From assembly GCA_000004695.1 (NCBI GenBank), contig CM000150.2, positions 2,048,001-2,112,000 of the forward strand: a stretch of DNA of 64,000 bases, written 5' to 3'. Every line of letters begins with the position of its first letter. Position 1 is the first letter of the stretch. Position numbers and translations under genes: made by a program. The notes below the pieces were generated by a model. It saw only the letters and a list, made by a program, of their open reading frames with translations. It ran no database searches and was not told the origin of the DNA. The DNA is from Dictyostelium discoideum (taxonomy: Eukaryota). Shown piece by piece: positions 38,129 to 51,469 of this stretch.

Positions 38129-38220
<92 letters not shown>

Positions 38221-38499
38221 CCAATCCAACCAACATCAACATCAACATCAAATAGTAATAATAATAATAATATAATACAACAACAACAACAACAACAATC
38301 AACACCATTAACAATTAAACCAATTTCAAATGCTCCACTTTCACCATCTTTACCAACTACAAGAAATATTCTTCATAAACCTGTATATAAATTTCCACAC
38401 CCATCTTCAAATGAAATTTCTCCAACTCCATCACTTACTTTAATTTTCTCAAAAAATTTAAAAAATTCAAGTTTAATTAAATTTAAAATAAATAAATAA
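34803..38499 (+). CDS. KDM5/JARID1-family histone lysine demethylase (JmjN-ARID-JmjC-C5HC2). Exons 34803..35570, 35671..38499
   Basis: Exon 1 encodes a 256-aa S/T/P/K-rich N-terminus with KSPS repeats and a CSNCSIQLP...HISNC motif, ending at ...QYK|GTAATT. Exon 2 opens with JmjN ([38 protein letters not shown]), then ARID (FLDKKTNTPLESLPKYDGRDLDFYTLFLEVNRWGG), then JmjC (HYGSDLD...[39 protein letters not shown]...[22 protein letters not shown]), then a C5HC2 zinc finger (CFVCKYDCFLSFIQCSEH). It carries polyN(30) and polyQ(35) tracts. The track 'M' at 35899 is an internal TTG. Confidence 0.85.
37901..37990 (+). repeat. (AAT)n coding microsatellite, about 30 Asn
   Basis: An uninterrupted AAT run inside the KDM5 ORF. 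A (CAA)n run encoding about 35 Gln follows at 38121..38220. Confidence 0.9.
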
Positions 38500-38829
38500 T
38501 TTATAATTTTTTTTTTTAATATATAAAACTTTTTTTTTTTTTTTATTTGTTTTTTTTAGAAATGTTTGTTTAACATAATAATTATTTATAAATATTGAAC
38601 ACCTATTATTTGAGAACCAATACATTTACCTAATTCTTGAGCATGATGGCTTTTATCACTATAATAATAAATTGTATTTTTAAAACAATAAAATATTTTA
38701 CTAACATCACCAACTGGTTTTATATCAACAAAACTAAATCTAGATTTTATTTTTTATTTTTTTAATTATCTAAAATTAGATAATGATAATTTTTCATGTT
38801 TTTTTTTTTTAAAAATTAATAATTAATAG

Positions 38830-39328
38830 TTACCCATTTTTTAAAATTTCTGAAATACCATTTGTAATATTTGAATAAATTCCATCCATACCACACATTG
38901 ATGATAATTGTTCCACTGATGAAACAAATAATGACCATGAAAATTGTCCATTTCCTTGAGTTTTTACATAATTCATCATTTGTAAAACACCTTTTGAACA
39001 AATACCATTTGTATCATTTTTATTATTCTCTATTATTACTTTCTTTTTTTTTTTTTTTTTTAAATTATTTTAAAATAAATTCAAATGTTTATATATAAAA
39101 TAAATAAAAAAATAATCTTACTTGAACATTTAATATTACTTCACTTGCAAACATTTCATATTCAATTGAATTTGAAAAAAGAAACCATGGAATATGGAAT
39201 TTTTCAGAATGATTATCATTTGAAAATACAGCTGGGGATGAGTTTGGTTTTGGTAAATCTTTACCTAAACTAAAATTAAAATTTAAATATAAGGTAATTA
39301 AAAAAAAGAGTAATAATATAGTTTTCAT
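38830..39328 (-). CDS. Small secreted protein (about 140 aa), 2 exons (39122..39328, 38830..39042)
   Basis: Exon 1 carries signal peptide MKTILLLFFLITLYLNFNFSLG and ends ...EVILNVQ at a GTAAGA donor. Exon 2 (after an AAAAG acceptor) is KVIIENNKNDTNGICSKGVLQMMNYVKTQGNGQFSWSLFVSSVEQLSSMCGMDGIYSNITNGISEILKNG. The alternative-frame track ORF 38816..39001 is rejected. Confidence 0.5.
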
Positions 39329-39967
39329 TATTTATTTTTTTTATAATTTTTTTTTTTTTACTAATTGTATTTTTATTTAAATAAACAATATACAATAAAT
39401 TTTTAATTTTTAATTTATACTCTTGATATTTTTTTTATTTTAATGAAAGAAATCTTGATAAGATTTATTTTTGTTTGTAGTTAAAAATGGTGTGAAATTT
39501 TTAGTTTTTTTTTTTTTTATTTTTTTTTTCTTTTTAATATTTCAATTTTCCAAGATATTGTTTATTTTTGGACCAAAAATAAGTGTGCCCCAAAACATAT
39601 AGTCTGAAGAAATAAAATAGTTATCGGATTTAAAAAATAGTTGTCAAAAATTGAAAAAATAAAAAAAAGAAAATAAAAACCATGAAAACACTAAATTATT
39701 AATATATTATTTCCAAATTTTTTTTTTCTTATCTTTTTTTTTTTTTTTAATGGGTTAATTACAACAATTATTTATTTCTTTGTTAAATTAAAAAGATTTT
39801 TTTTTTTAAAATTAATTTTGACTTATTAAATTTTGAGAAAATTAAAAATTAAAAAAAAAATTCCCATAATTGAAATTGTGCACACCCTTAAATTTTTTTT
39901 TTTTTATTTCAACTCAAATTTTTTACATTATCCTTAAAAACCCTCTTTATAATTTAAAAAAATAATA

Positions 39968-40687
39968 ATGTCAAAAGTTAAAAAAATAAAAACAGATAAT
40001 AATAATAAAATATTTCAAGATATTATTGATTTTGAAATTTTAAAATCTATAATCAATTATTTATTAATCAGCAAAAAAAATAAAAATAAAAATAATAATT
40101 AATAAATTTTATTTTAATAGAAATGAAATATTAAATTATATATTAGTTTCAAAAAAGTGGTATAATTTTATATCGTTAACAATATCAAAAAATATTATTA
40201 ATAAATTATTTGAATATTGGTTAGATATTAATCATAATGATTATAACTCATTTATTGAAAATTTTAATAATAAAAATCAATATGATAAAAATAATTTATT
40301 TTTTGAAAGTGGTAAACAAAATAAAATTAGGTTTAATAAAGAATTTTCAATTATAAAAATCAAAGAATCTGTAACAACTGGTGGTCGGTATCATCAGTAT
40401 TAATTTTTCCTAATGATTTCTTTATTGTGTTGGTTATTGCTGCTGAAGTTATTGGTGTTGTAATGTTGGGTGATGATGGTGGTGTCGTATGATTATTCAA
40501 TTGTTGTTGAGATTGTTGATTTATTAATTGAATGTGTTGTTGAAGAAGCTGATTTTGTTTATCTATTTGTTAACCTACAATTTTTAAATTTATATTATTA
40601 TTTTATATGGTGATTTTGTGTGTGGCATTTTTAATATCTGGTATCTAATATCTGTTATGAAAACTTTTGTGAAATTCAAATTAATTT

Positions 40688-40721
<34 letters not shown>

Positions 40722-42400
40722 AAAATTAAATTTAATTTAAAATTAATTAAATTTAATTACAACGGGAGAAAACCCCTTTAAACAAAACAATAAAATAAAT
40801 TATTATTATTTTCTGAATTGTATGTGTCATAACAAATTGTTGAAACAAAACTATATTCTAAATTATTATTATTTATTTTTGAATTATTGTTTAGTTGTGT
40901 TTAGTGAGTTTATTATATAAAATGAAACAATTTATTAAAATGAATTAAGTTAGTAATAATTAATATTGAATTATCAATTCAATATTAATAGTTATTTTTA
41001 AATGTTCTGTTTAGAACATTTCATAAAATTAAATAAATATTAGTATTAACAAGATATTTTTTTGAGATCTTGTTACAGAATCAATAATCAATGATTATTT
41101 TAAATTCAATTTGTTTTTATATATGATTACAATTGATGATTTTAAAGAAATTAAAAATAAATTTGAAATTAATCAATTAGTTTATAATAGAATTGAAGTT
41201 AATTTTGAAAATTATTGTGGTTTAAATGATGATTATACTATGTTCAAAATAAGTGAATATGTATCAAATGAAAATTCAGAAACCATATCAAATTTATTTA
41301 AAATATTAGAATTAAATTCTGATTTTTGGTTGAATGATGGTTATATTCCAAATTTTGAAGATGAAGGTAATAAGAAATGCACTGAAATATATTTTAATAA
41401 TTTATTAATTGGTGGTTATAATAAAAATGTAGGTAAAGATGGAGAAACAGTAAAGGTATTCAAAATTTTCAAAGGTAAAAATTTAATTTATGATGGACCT
41501 AGTGCAATTTTTGATTTTTTAACAAGTGTCAACTATTCAGCTTATTTGACCCAGATCGATTAAAGTAAAAAAAGAAAATAAATGTGAAGATTTTGTTGAA
41601 GCACGTCATTGAATCAAAGTTCATCAATTTGAAAATTTACATTCAATTACAATATGGCTGCTGAAATTAATACGGTAATTTTGGCAGACCTAAGTCCCAT
41701 GCCAAAATTAATATGGCTGCTGAAATTAATATGGTAATTTTGGCATGGGACAAATAACAACTAACTATTTTCAAATATTATCAAACATATCAAAACAAAT
41801 GGGATCTACTAGTTTCTATGATGATAACTCCGAATTTAATCAAATGGTTAATTCATTCATTACAAGAAAATCTTTAAAGAATTAAAAAATAACATTGATA
41901 ATTCCAATAGATTATCCAATCGATAATGAAGGTTGTGTTAATTATGATGATGGAAGTGATCATGAAATGTGTGCTAATGAAATAAATAAAACTATAGAAT
42001 ACTATTCTAATTGTTTTAAACCATTATTTTCAGAATTAAATACATCAATTGAAAGAATTGAATTTGATTGTATGGATCGATACATTTTCAAATTTATTAA
42101 ATAATAAATCAATTAAATATTATCTTTATATGGTAATAGTGATTTCATTGTTTACTCATTAGAACCAATTGGTGGTGGTGATGGTGATGGTGATGGTGGA
42201 CACAAAAACAACTACAAGAACAAGAACAAGAACAACAACAAAAATCAGATAACATAAATTTAAAAGAAAATAAAATTATAATTCTACATGATATTTATTT
42301 TCAAGAATTAAATATTATTAAAAATCCATTTTTCACAACAGTAATAAAGAAAATGCATACAGCTTGTTATTATGGATAGAAAAAATAAAAATAAAAACAA
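39968..42400 (+). pseudogene. Decayed tandem paralogue of the downstream family gene (43188..45082)
   Basis: Segment-by-segment nucleotide similarity to the intact gene (MSKVKKIKTDNNNKIFQDIIDFEILKSIINYLLIS..., ...IKIKES, IINDYFKFNLFL..ITIDDFKEIKNKFE..NQL.YNRI, ...EARH.IKVNQFENLHSITI, C-terminal ...NPFFTTVIK). It contains premature stops, deletions, a 710-bp insertion and a 108-bp foldback insertion. Confidence 0.6.
40369..41078. mobile_element. 710-bp insertion with 9-bp terminal inverted repeats (CTGTAACAA...TTGTTACAG) and AAT target-site duplication; MITE-like non-autonomous DNA transposon candidate
   Basis: The empty site is visible in the intact paralogue (43600-43640: ...aaagaatcaataatc...). 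In the pseudogene the same site reads ...aaagaat[ctgtaacaactgg...gagatcttgttacag]aatcaataatc... The insert has no long ORF. Confidence 0.45.
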
Positions 42401-43066
42401 TTGAAAATCTTTATTATAATATAATTTTTATAATAAAATTGTAGCTAATATTGAAACTAATAGTGGCATTTTTCATCCAGATAATTCAACTTTATTTCTG
42501 ATATTTTTGGTTTGTTGAGCTGGTTGAGCTGAATCACATAGAAATCCACCTCAATAGTTATTGATTGATGAGCCAACTGTTGTAGTTTGGCCATGAAGTG
42601 ATTGGTTGAGTTTGATCATTTAATAATGGTGTGGTTGGTTGTGTATTGAGTTTGACCTAATCATAATCACAAGGTTTATAAGTGCTGAAGACATTTTGAT
42701 GATTGCTGTGGTTGTGTGGGGGCAGTTGGTGCTACTGTTTTACTAATAATAACAAGATATTAGTAACCAAACTATCTGAACCTTCATTTTTATTATTTTC
42801 ATGTTCTTATATTTGAATAATTACTGTTGTACTTGTTAAATTATTGAAAGAATGAAAGAACTGTTTGAATTGGTTTCATTACAGTTGATGGTTGTTGTGG
42901 TGGACTACTGTTACTACAAATACTATCTCAATGGATATTGTGTGCTCTTTTCGTTCGCATGAGATTTATCACTTGAAAACCACTTGAGTTTCTATTGTTG
43001 TTTGGTACTGATAGAAAATATTAAACCAGATTGTTGATCCGTTTTTTTTTCTTCCCCATCCCATTG

Positions 43067-43098
<32 letters not shown>

Positions 43099-43187
43099 AT
43101 AATTTTAGAAGAAAAAAAAATATCTTGGTCAGTTTTTTTTTTTTTTTTTTATTGGGATGAAAAAAAAAAATTTTAAAAAAATAATAA

Positions 43188-45082
43188 TGTCAACAAATAA
43201 AAAAATTAAAACAGATAATAAAAATAAAATATTTCAAGATATTATTGATTTTGAAATTTTAAAATCTATAATCAATTATTTATTAATCAGCAACAAAAAT
43301 AAAAATAATAATAAAAATAGCAATACCTGTAATCAATATAAAATTAATAAATTTTATTTTAATAGAAATGAAATATTAAATTATATATTAGTTTCAAAAA
43401 AGTGGTATAATTTTATATCATTAACAATATCAAATAATATTATTAATAATAAATTATTTGAACATTGGTTAATTAATAATAATATAAATAATTCATTTAT
43501 TGAAAATTATAATAATCAAAATCAATATGATAAAAATAATTTAATTTTTGATAGTGATAAAAAAAATAAAATTAATTTTAATAAAGAGTTTTCAATTATA
43601 AAAATCAAAGAATCAATAATCAATGATTATTTTAAATTCAATTTATTTTTACATAAGATTACAATTGATGATTTTAAAGAAATTAAAAATAAATTTGAAA
43701 ATAATCAATTACTTTATAATAGAATTGTAGTTAATATTTGTATTATTGAATTCACACCATATAATAGTGAATTATATGAATATGTATCAAATGAAAATTC
43801 AGAAACCATATCAAATTTATTTAAAATATTAGAATTAAATTGTGATAATTCGTTGGAATATGGTTATATTCCAGTTTCTGAAGAGGGAGATAAACTTAAT
43901 AACAAATACAATGGGTTATATTTAAATAATTTATCAATTGATGGTTTTGATACATATGTAGATGAAGATGAAGATACATTAAAGATTTTTAATATTTTAA
44001 AAGGTAAAAATATAATTTATGGAGTATATGATACTAAAAGTAATGAAAGTCCAACACATATCAATTATTCAGCATTATTTGATCCAGATAATTCAGGTCA
44101 ACAAGTTGAATCAATTAAAGTACAATGTTGTACTGATTATGAAGAGGCTGTTGAAGCACGTCATTTAATCAAAGTTAATCAATTTGAAAATTTACATTCA
44201 ATTACAATACCAATTAATTCATTTCAAATATTATCAAACTTATCTGAAGAAATGGAATTTCATACATTATACCGAAATAGGGCAGAATTAGGTAATTCAG
44301 GAAATATGAAATCAGAATTAAATCAAATGATCAATTCATTCATTACAAGTAAATCTTTAAAGAATTTAAATATCAAATCGGAAAATTCAATTGAACACTT
44401 TCATCCAAATCATTATTATGATGGTAATAGTGATCATGAAATTTTTGTTAATAAAATAAATGAAACTATAGAATCATATTCAAATTCATTTAAACCATTA
44501 TTTTCAGAATTAAATACATCAATTGAAAGAATTGAATTTGATTGTATGGGTTTATTAAATATCGATACATTTTCAAATTTATTAAATAATAAATCAATTA
44601 AATATTTATCTTTATATGGTAATAGTGATTTCATTGTTTACTCATCAAAACCAACTGGTGATAATGGTGGTAGTAAATTACATGAAGAAACTATTTCAAT
44701 TAATCAATATTTATTTGAAAATATATTTACATCACCATTAACACCAATTAGACATTATAAAATTAATATCAAAAATTCAAAACAAATAAAATCAATATTT
44801 AATTTAATATTAAATAATATTTTTAAATTACAATTATATTCATTAATATTTGAATTTAATGAAAACGAATTAATTTGTGAATTTGTTAAAGAATTTAAAA
44901 ATTTAATAAATAATATTTCAATACAACTACAACAAGAACAACAAGAACACCAAAAATCAAAAAACATAAATTTAAAAGAAATTAAAATTAAAATTAATAA
45001 CGATAATGAATATTCTCAAGAATTAAATAGTATTAATAATCCATATTTCACAACAGTAATAAAGTATATTTCACAAGAGTAA
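43188..45082 (+). CDS. Dictyostelid family protein of unknown function (N/K/I-rich, about 630 aa)
   Basis: Long single ORF; the track starts it at 43157 (MKKKNFKKIIMSTNKK...), and the ATG at 43188 (MSTNKKIK...) is the likely true start. It has a decayed tandem copy immediately upstream. No recognisable domain; low-complexity N-rich segments. Confidence 0.55.
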
Positions 45083-45213
45083 TAAATGGTTAATAATAAT
45101 AAAAAATATAAAGTATAAAATAAAAAATAAAAACCCATTATCTAATGAAAATGAGTATCCCAAAGAGGACCTGATTTATTTTTGATTATTTTTTTAAAGA
45201 AAATAAAAGGTTC

Positions 45214-45244
<31 letters not shown>

Positions 45245-45908
45245 CTCGTAAAGAAATGTGGATGTGAATCTGTTTCTTCTTAGTTGATGATGTAACATGA
45301 GTAGTTGATAGACCAGTAGTGGTTGATCATACAGCATTTAAAATAATTACGACATTGAATATTTGCCATCTTTAAAGTCTCTATTGCAGATCGAATGAGC
45401 CATCAAAATCCTTCAAAAAATCATTTCTTTCATTGATTAAAACTGTATTCATCGATTGCATGAAACATAATTCGACATTGTTACATTATGTTGAATCTCT
45501 ACTATTTGACCTTTATGATTAACTTTAGCTGGTCTGCAAATCCCAATATTGATGATAATGACAGAACTAAAAATATAAAAAATAAAACTTCATTTGCTAA
45601 ACCTGCTTTATCAATTAACGCTTCTGTACCTAAATTACCAATAATTGGTCGACCATAGGTTGATTTATATTTTTTTTTTTTGCTTCACTTTTAACCCAAA
45701 TGTATATATTTATTTGTTTATTTGTTTAAAATTGAAAAAATGAAAATAAAAAAAAAAAAAATAAAAAAAAAAAAGAAAAAAAAAAAAAAAAGAAAAAAAA
45801 AAAAAAAAAAAAAAAAAATAATAAAACATTCCAAAAGTAATTAACGTTTTTTTTTTTTTTTTTTTAAATTTTTTTTTTTTTTTTTTCCTTTAAACAAAGA
45901 AAACCAAC

Positions 45909-48900
45909 ATGTTTTATAAAACATTTGGTTTTTTATTTATTTATTTAATTATTTTAATTAGTGGTACTCTTTCTCAAAAAGAAATAGATAGTAGTAATGA
46001 ACAACCAGTTATTGAAGTTTTCTTAGTACCACATAGTCATTGTGATGTTGGTTGGCTTAAAACAGTTGAACAATATTATACTGAAAATGTAACATTAATT
46101 CTTAATAATGTCATTGAAACTTTAACAAAAGATAAATCAAAAAAATTTAATTGGGCTGAAATGTAAGAAAACATAATATCATTTTTTTTTTTTTTTTTTT
46201 CTAATTATTATTTATTATTTATTATTTACTAATAAAAATAAAAAATTAAAGAATTTATTTTGAAAGGTGGTGGAATGATCAAAATGAAACTTTACAAAAT
46301 CAAGTTAAACAATTAATTTCAAATAAACAATTTTATTTTGTAGGTGGTGGATGGACACAAAATGATGAAGCAATAACGGATTATCAAGCAGTAATTAATC
46401 AAATGACATTAGGACATCAATTTCTTTTCAATCAATTTGGAATTAAACCAGAGATTGGTTGGCAAATTGATCCATTTGGACCATCAACTTTAACACCAAC
46501 ATTATTTAAATTAATGGGTTTTAAATATCATGTTATTAATAGAATTGATGAAAGAATAAAATATATTTTCAATGCAACTGAAATGAATATTCCAGAATCT
46601 GGTATAATGACAATAGAAAGAGAATTTGAATTTTTATGGTACCCATCTTCAAATAATCCAAATATTTCAATATTTACTCATGTTTTAGATCATCATTATG
46701 AATCACCATCGTAATTATTAAAATATTATTATATTATATTATTAATATTTATCTAATTAATTACAAATATATATGTTAATTTGTTTTTTTTTTTAAAAAT
46801 TAAAAGTTTAACAATTGTAGATTATGAAATACCAAATTTAACATATACATCAGGATTTGATTTTGAAGGTAATCCTAAAATTAATCCACCAATTACAATT
46901 TTAAATCTTAGATTTAGAGCAGATTTATTAGTAAAGATTATTAAAGAAAGAATTGATTTATTTAGACATAATAATCTTTTATTACCATTTGGAGGTGATT
47001 TTAGATTTCAAGATTCAAAAATAGAATTTAATAATATGGATAAATTAATTAAATTTATAAATTCAAATCAAAAAACTTATGGTGTAAATATAAAATATTC
47101 AACTGTTGATGAATATTTTGAAAAAGTAATACAAGATACCAATATTAATTGGAAGGAGGATACAACAACAACAACGACAACAACAATACCAATTGGTGGT
47201 GATGAATTCCCAAAATTATCAAATTTAGATTATTTTGATTATACGAAATGTGATTATAATGATTATCAAAAGTATAAAACATGTTCATTATATTATAGTG
47301 GTTTCTTTAGTTCTTATTCAGAATTGAAACAAATTTCAAGACAATCTGATAGTTTATTAAGAATTGGTGAATTTTTATATTCATTTGCAAATTTAATATC
47401 AAATAATAATAATAATGATGATGATGATGATGATGATAATGATTTTAATATTCAATTAAAAGAAATTTCTAATATATTAGTTCAACATAGAAATGTTAGT
47501 GGAATACTTACACATCATGATGCAATTACAGGTACAGCTAAAACTAAAGTTAGAGATGATTATCTTTTAATGTTGAATCAAGTACAATCGAATACAATGA
47601 ATAATGTAATTCCTAATATTGTTGGATATCTATTATCAAATAAATCAATTCAAAATTTTGATTACTCTTGTAATAATACAATCATTATGAATTCACCACA
47701 AATTGGTGATATATTTTCAATTTCATTTACAAATAGTTTAGGATGGGATCGTTCAGAATATATTCAAATTCAATTACCACCTTCAACCATTGTAACAGTT
47801 TATAATTATAATTTGATTTCAATTCAATCTCAAATAGTTCAAAGATTTGATAAAGATAATCAAACATTTCTTTATTTTAATGTTGAAACACCATCATTAG
47901 GTATTTCAACTTATTTCATTATAATTACTTCAACCAATGATGACAATGTTGATGATGATGTTGATAAAGTATTTGGTGATGATGAATTATTAATATATCT
48001 TTTAAAAAATGGAATTTTAAGTAAACCTATTTTATCAGAGATTAGTGAAATTTCAGAATTATCATCATCATCATCATCGTCATCGTCATCATCATCGTCA
48101 CAAATTACAATCGGAAATTCGAAATTTAATTTAAATTTCAATTATTTAAATGAAAATTATAATCTTTTAACTTTAACAAGTTTTGATGATTTAATTGAAA
48201 ATGAATATTCAATACCAATTACACAAAATTATATAGAATATATTAGTGGTAATGATAATTCGTATATATTTAAACCAAGTGGTTTACCAGTTAATTTAAA
48301 ACCAGAATCTCCTAAATTTTATAAAGTTACAGGTTCATTAGTTCAAATGATTACAATTTTATATACAAATAATTGTTCACAAACTTATATAGTTTATAAT
48401 TCAACAACAACAACAACAACAACAACTACTACTACTACTACTACCAACAATGATGATTCACCACCATTAGAATTAATAAATGATGAACAATACTTTGAAA
48501 TTGATAATATTGTTGCAGCAGGTTGGAATAAAGAAATTGGTAGTCAATTTAGTAGCGAATCAATTAATAATGATAAAACTTTCTATACTAGTAATGGTTT
48601 AGAATTAATTGAAAGAAATTATAAATCATTATTTAATGATACAACAGAATTTAATATGATTGCTGGTAATTATTATCCAGTGATTAATACAATTCAAATT
48701 TTAGATAATAAATCAAAAAAACAATTAACAATATTAACAAAACAAAGTTTTGGTGCAAGTAGTCAAAATAATGGTGAATTAAATTTACTTTTTATAAGAA
48801 GATCCACTGATCAATTTGTAACACTTAATGAAACAATGAATGATATTTCCAATCCTTTAATTAAAATTAAAGTATTATTTGGTAATTCAAATTCAATTGA

Positions 48901-49333
48901 AAATATTAGAACACCACATTCATTATTATTAGAGAATCCATTATTACCAATTTATTCAATTGTTTCCGATATTACAATAGATAAATGGATATCAATTTAT
49001 AATACAGTATTTAAACCATTTAAAACTTCATTACCTTATAATTTACATTTATTAACATTTACAAAACAACAACAACAACAACAACAAGATTTCAATGAAG
49101 ATAATCCTTTGGATTATTTCATTAGGTTTTTAAATATATATGAAATTTCTCAAAGTGAATCATTTTCACAACCAATAGAATTTAAATTAACAAATTATTT
49201 TAATAATTTTAATATTACAAATATTAGAGAATCTTCATTAACTTTTAATTCAATTATTAATAATAATACCAATTCAATAATTTTAAATCCATTAAATTTA
49301 ATTTCCTTAATTATTACAATTAGTAAAAATTAA
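45909..49333 (+). CDS. Glycosyl hydrolase family 38 alpha-mannosidase (lysosomal type). Exons 45909..46162, 46252..46710, 46807..49333
   Basis: Signal peptide MFYKTFGFLFIYLIILISGTLS. GH38 N-terminal catalytic motifs: VFLVPHSHCDVGWLKT, FNWAEIIYFERWW, FVGGGWTQNDEA, GWQIDPFGPS, LLLPFGGDFRFQD. A long C-terminal beta-rich region follows. Donors GTAAGA/GTAATT with in-phase acceptors. Confidence 0.85.
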
Positions 49334-49734
49334 ATGACTAATGAAAAAAAAAAAAAAAAAGTGTTAACACTTTTAAGTTAAAAAAGTGTTAGAAAAAATA
49401 AAACAAAAATTGATTGATTTGGTCATTTATTTTTTATATCTTTTTTTTTTTTTTTTTCTTAATTTTAATTCTTTTAATCATTAGTATTGTCCTTAAATAA
49501 GAATTATAGAAAGTCAAAAAAAAAAAAAAAGATTTATTTATGATAAATTCTGATTAAAAAAAATAAATAAAACTTTTAAATTTATAATTTTATTATTTTA
49601 TAAATATTATTTTTAACTTTTAACTTTAAAAAATAAAAAAAAAATATTATTTTTTTATTTTTTTTTTTTTTTTTACTTTTTTTCAAATTTTTTTTTATTT
49701 TTTTTATTTTTTTATTTTTTAATTTCAATTAAAA

Positions 49735-50286
49735 ATGGATAAATTATTTCAATCTGTATTTAATAATATTTATATATCAAGATTAATATTTAATTATTCT
49801 ATATTATATAAAAAGAATGAAGTTGTAAGATTTGAAGATAGAGAATCATTATTAAATTATACAGAAAGAGAATTTATTAGAAAAATTGTATATTATGGTA
49901 AAGAGTTGAAGATTGGAGATTTACCAAATAATGGTGCACTAAAAGAGATTTCATTTCGTTCGATCAATCAAAGATCAATTTCAGGAAAAGATGTTCCATT
50001 TGGTGTTGAAGTTATTGAATTTAATGGTTTTTCAGGAAATTTAAATGAATATCCTTCAACATTAAATAAAGTCATTCAATTAATCATACCACCAGATGAT
50101 GATGTAAATTTTGAAATACCAGCAAATATAACCTCATTATCAATTCGATGTTATAAACCATTAAAAGAAGTTTCAAAATATTTACCAAATTCAATTAAAG
50201 AATTAGAATTTGAAAATAATTATAAAGTTTATGATTGTTTTTATCAAGATTATGAAGAAAATGATGAAGATGAAGTGGAAAATGAA

Positions 50287-50338
<52 letters not shown>

Positions 50339-51012
50339 GCAATAATTCAAAAATTATACTACCAAATAATTTAATAAAATTATCATTAGGTAAATATAAT
50401 ATAAAGTATTTAGCAGAAGGAATTTTACCAAAAACAATTGAACAATTAGAAATTTCAACTTGTAAATCGAAAAATGTATTTGATAAAGTTAATAATGAAT
50501 ACTTTGAAAATAATAGTAATTATAGCATTGGTTTATTTAATGTTTTAAGGTCATTGGAAAATCTTAAAGTATTATCAATTGATACAAGAAGTTTAATTAC
50601 TAAAGAATCAAATTTAAAAGATTGCGATTCAATTAAAGATTTAACAATACATTGTAATTGTGGATATGACCCTAAAAAAGATTATCTTGAACAGTCAATT
50701 GAAGAATTCTCTTTACCACAGAGTGTAACAAAATTAAAGTTACTCGACTTTACAATGAATAAAATTCCATCAAATGTAATCCCAAATGGTGTACTATCAC
50801 TAACAATTGATAGAATAGAAATCGTTGAATTACCACCATCTTTAACTTATTTAAAACTTTATGAAAAACCTGCTTATTATTACACAAAAGAAGAATCACT
50901 TTCTTTGTTATCTTTATTACCAAAATCATTAACTAAACTTACAATACCACATTATTTCCAGGATTTCAATTTAATATACAATGACAATATTAAAAAAATA
51001 AAATTTAGATGA
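49735..51012 (+). CDS. FNIP-repeat-containing protein (dictyostelid-type leucine-rich FNIP repeats)
   Basis: Repeated roughly 22-aa units with an LPxS(I/L)xxLx(F/L) core: LPNSIKELEFENNY, LPNNLIKLSLGKYN, LPKTIEQLEIS, LPQSVTKLKLLDF, LPPSLTYLKLYE, LPKSLTKLTIPHYF. Confidence 0.7.
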
Positions 51013-51321
51013 AATAATCTTTATATATTTATTTATTTTTTAATATTAACAAGTTTTTAATAATAATAATATTAATAATAGTAATATTAATAATAGTAAT
51101 AAGAATAATAATGATTAACAAACAATAATAATTATTTTAATTATTAATTTATTAGTTTTATATTTTAGAGTTTTCGTTCGAAACTTATAAAAACTGAAAA
51201 AATGAAAAAAATAAGTTGATTCAAGCTTTACAGCATTCATATAATATTTTAATTGTGTGTTTATTTTTTATTATGACCATCCGGATATCCGAAGTTCGGA
51301 TTTCCATTTTACAGCAAAAAG

Positions 51322-51393
51322 CTCCCTGTCCGGGAATTGAACCCGGGCCTTTCGCGTGACAGGCGAAAATCCTCACCACTAGACCAACAAGGA
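51322..51393 (-). tRNA. tRNA-Asp (anticodon GTC)
   Basis: Reverse complement gives TCCTTGTTGGTCTAGTGGTGAGGATTTTCGCCTGTCACGCGAAAGGCCCGGGTTCAATTCCCGGACAGGGAG. Anticodon loop CTGTCAC reads GTC. T5 terminator on the transcribed strand (plus 51316..51320). Confidence 0.9.
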
Positions 51394-51469
51394 TGATTTT
51401 GTGATTTCTTTTTATTTTAGCCCGGAAATAAAGGTTTTAATTACAAACTAATTCTTAAAAATTAGTTTG

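Noticed and set aside
38816-39001. 61-aa minus-strand ORF (MFKRCFTNDELCKNSRKW...)
   Set aside because: It is an alternative frame of exon 2 of the secreted-protein gene. The spliced frame (in phase with exon 1) gives a more protein-like product ending at 38830.
40371-41078. Reading the 708-bp insert as a GT..AG intron
   Set aside because: Splicing it out yields ...KES-N-Q-stop (in-frame TAA). The intact paralogue shows the uninterrupted site, so an insertion with TIRs/TSD is the better explanation.
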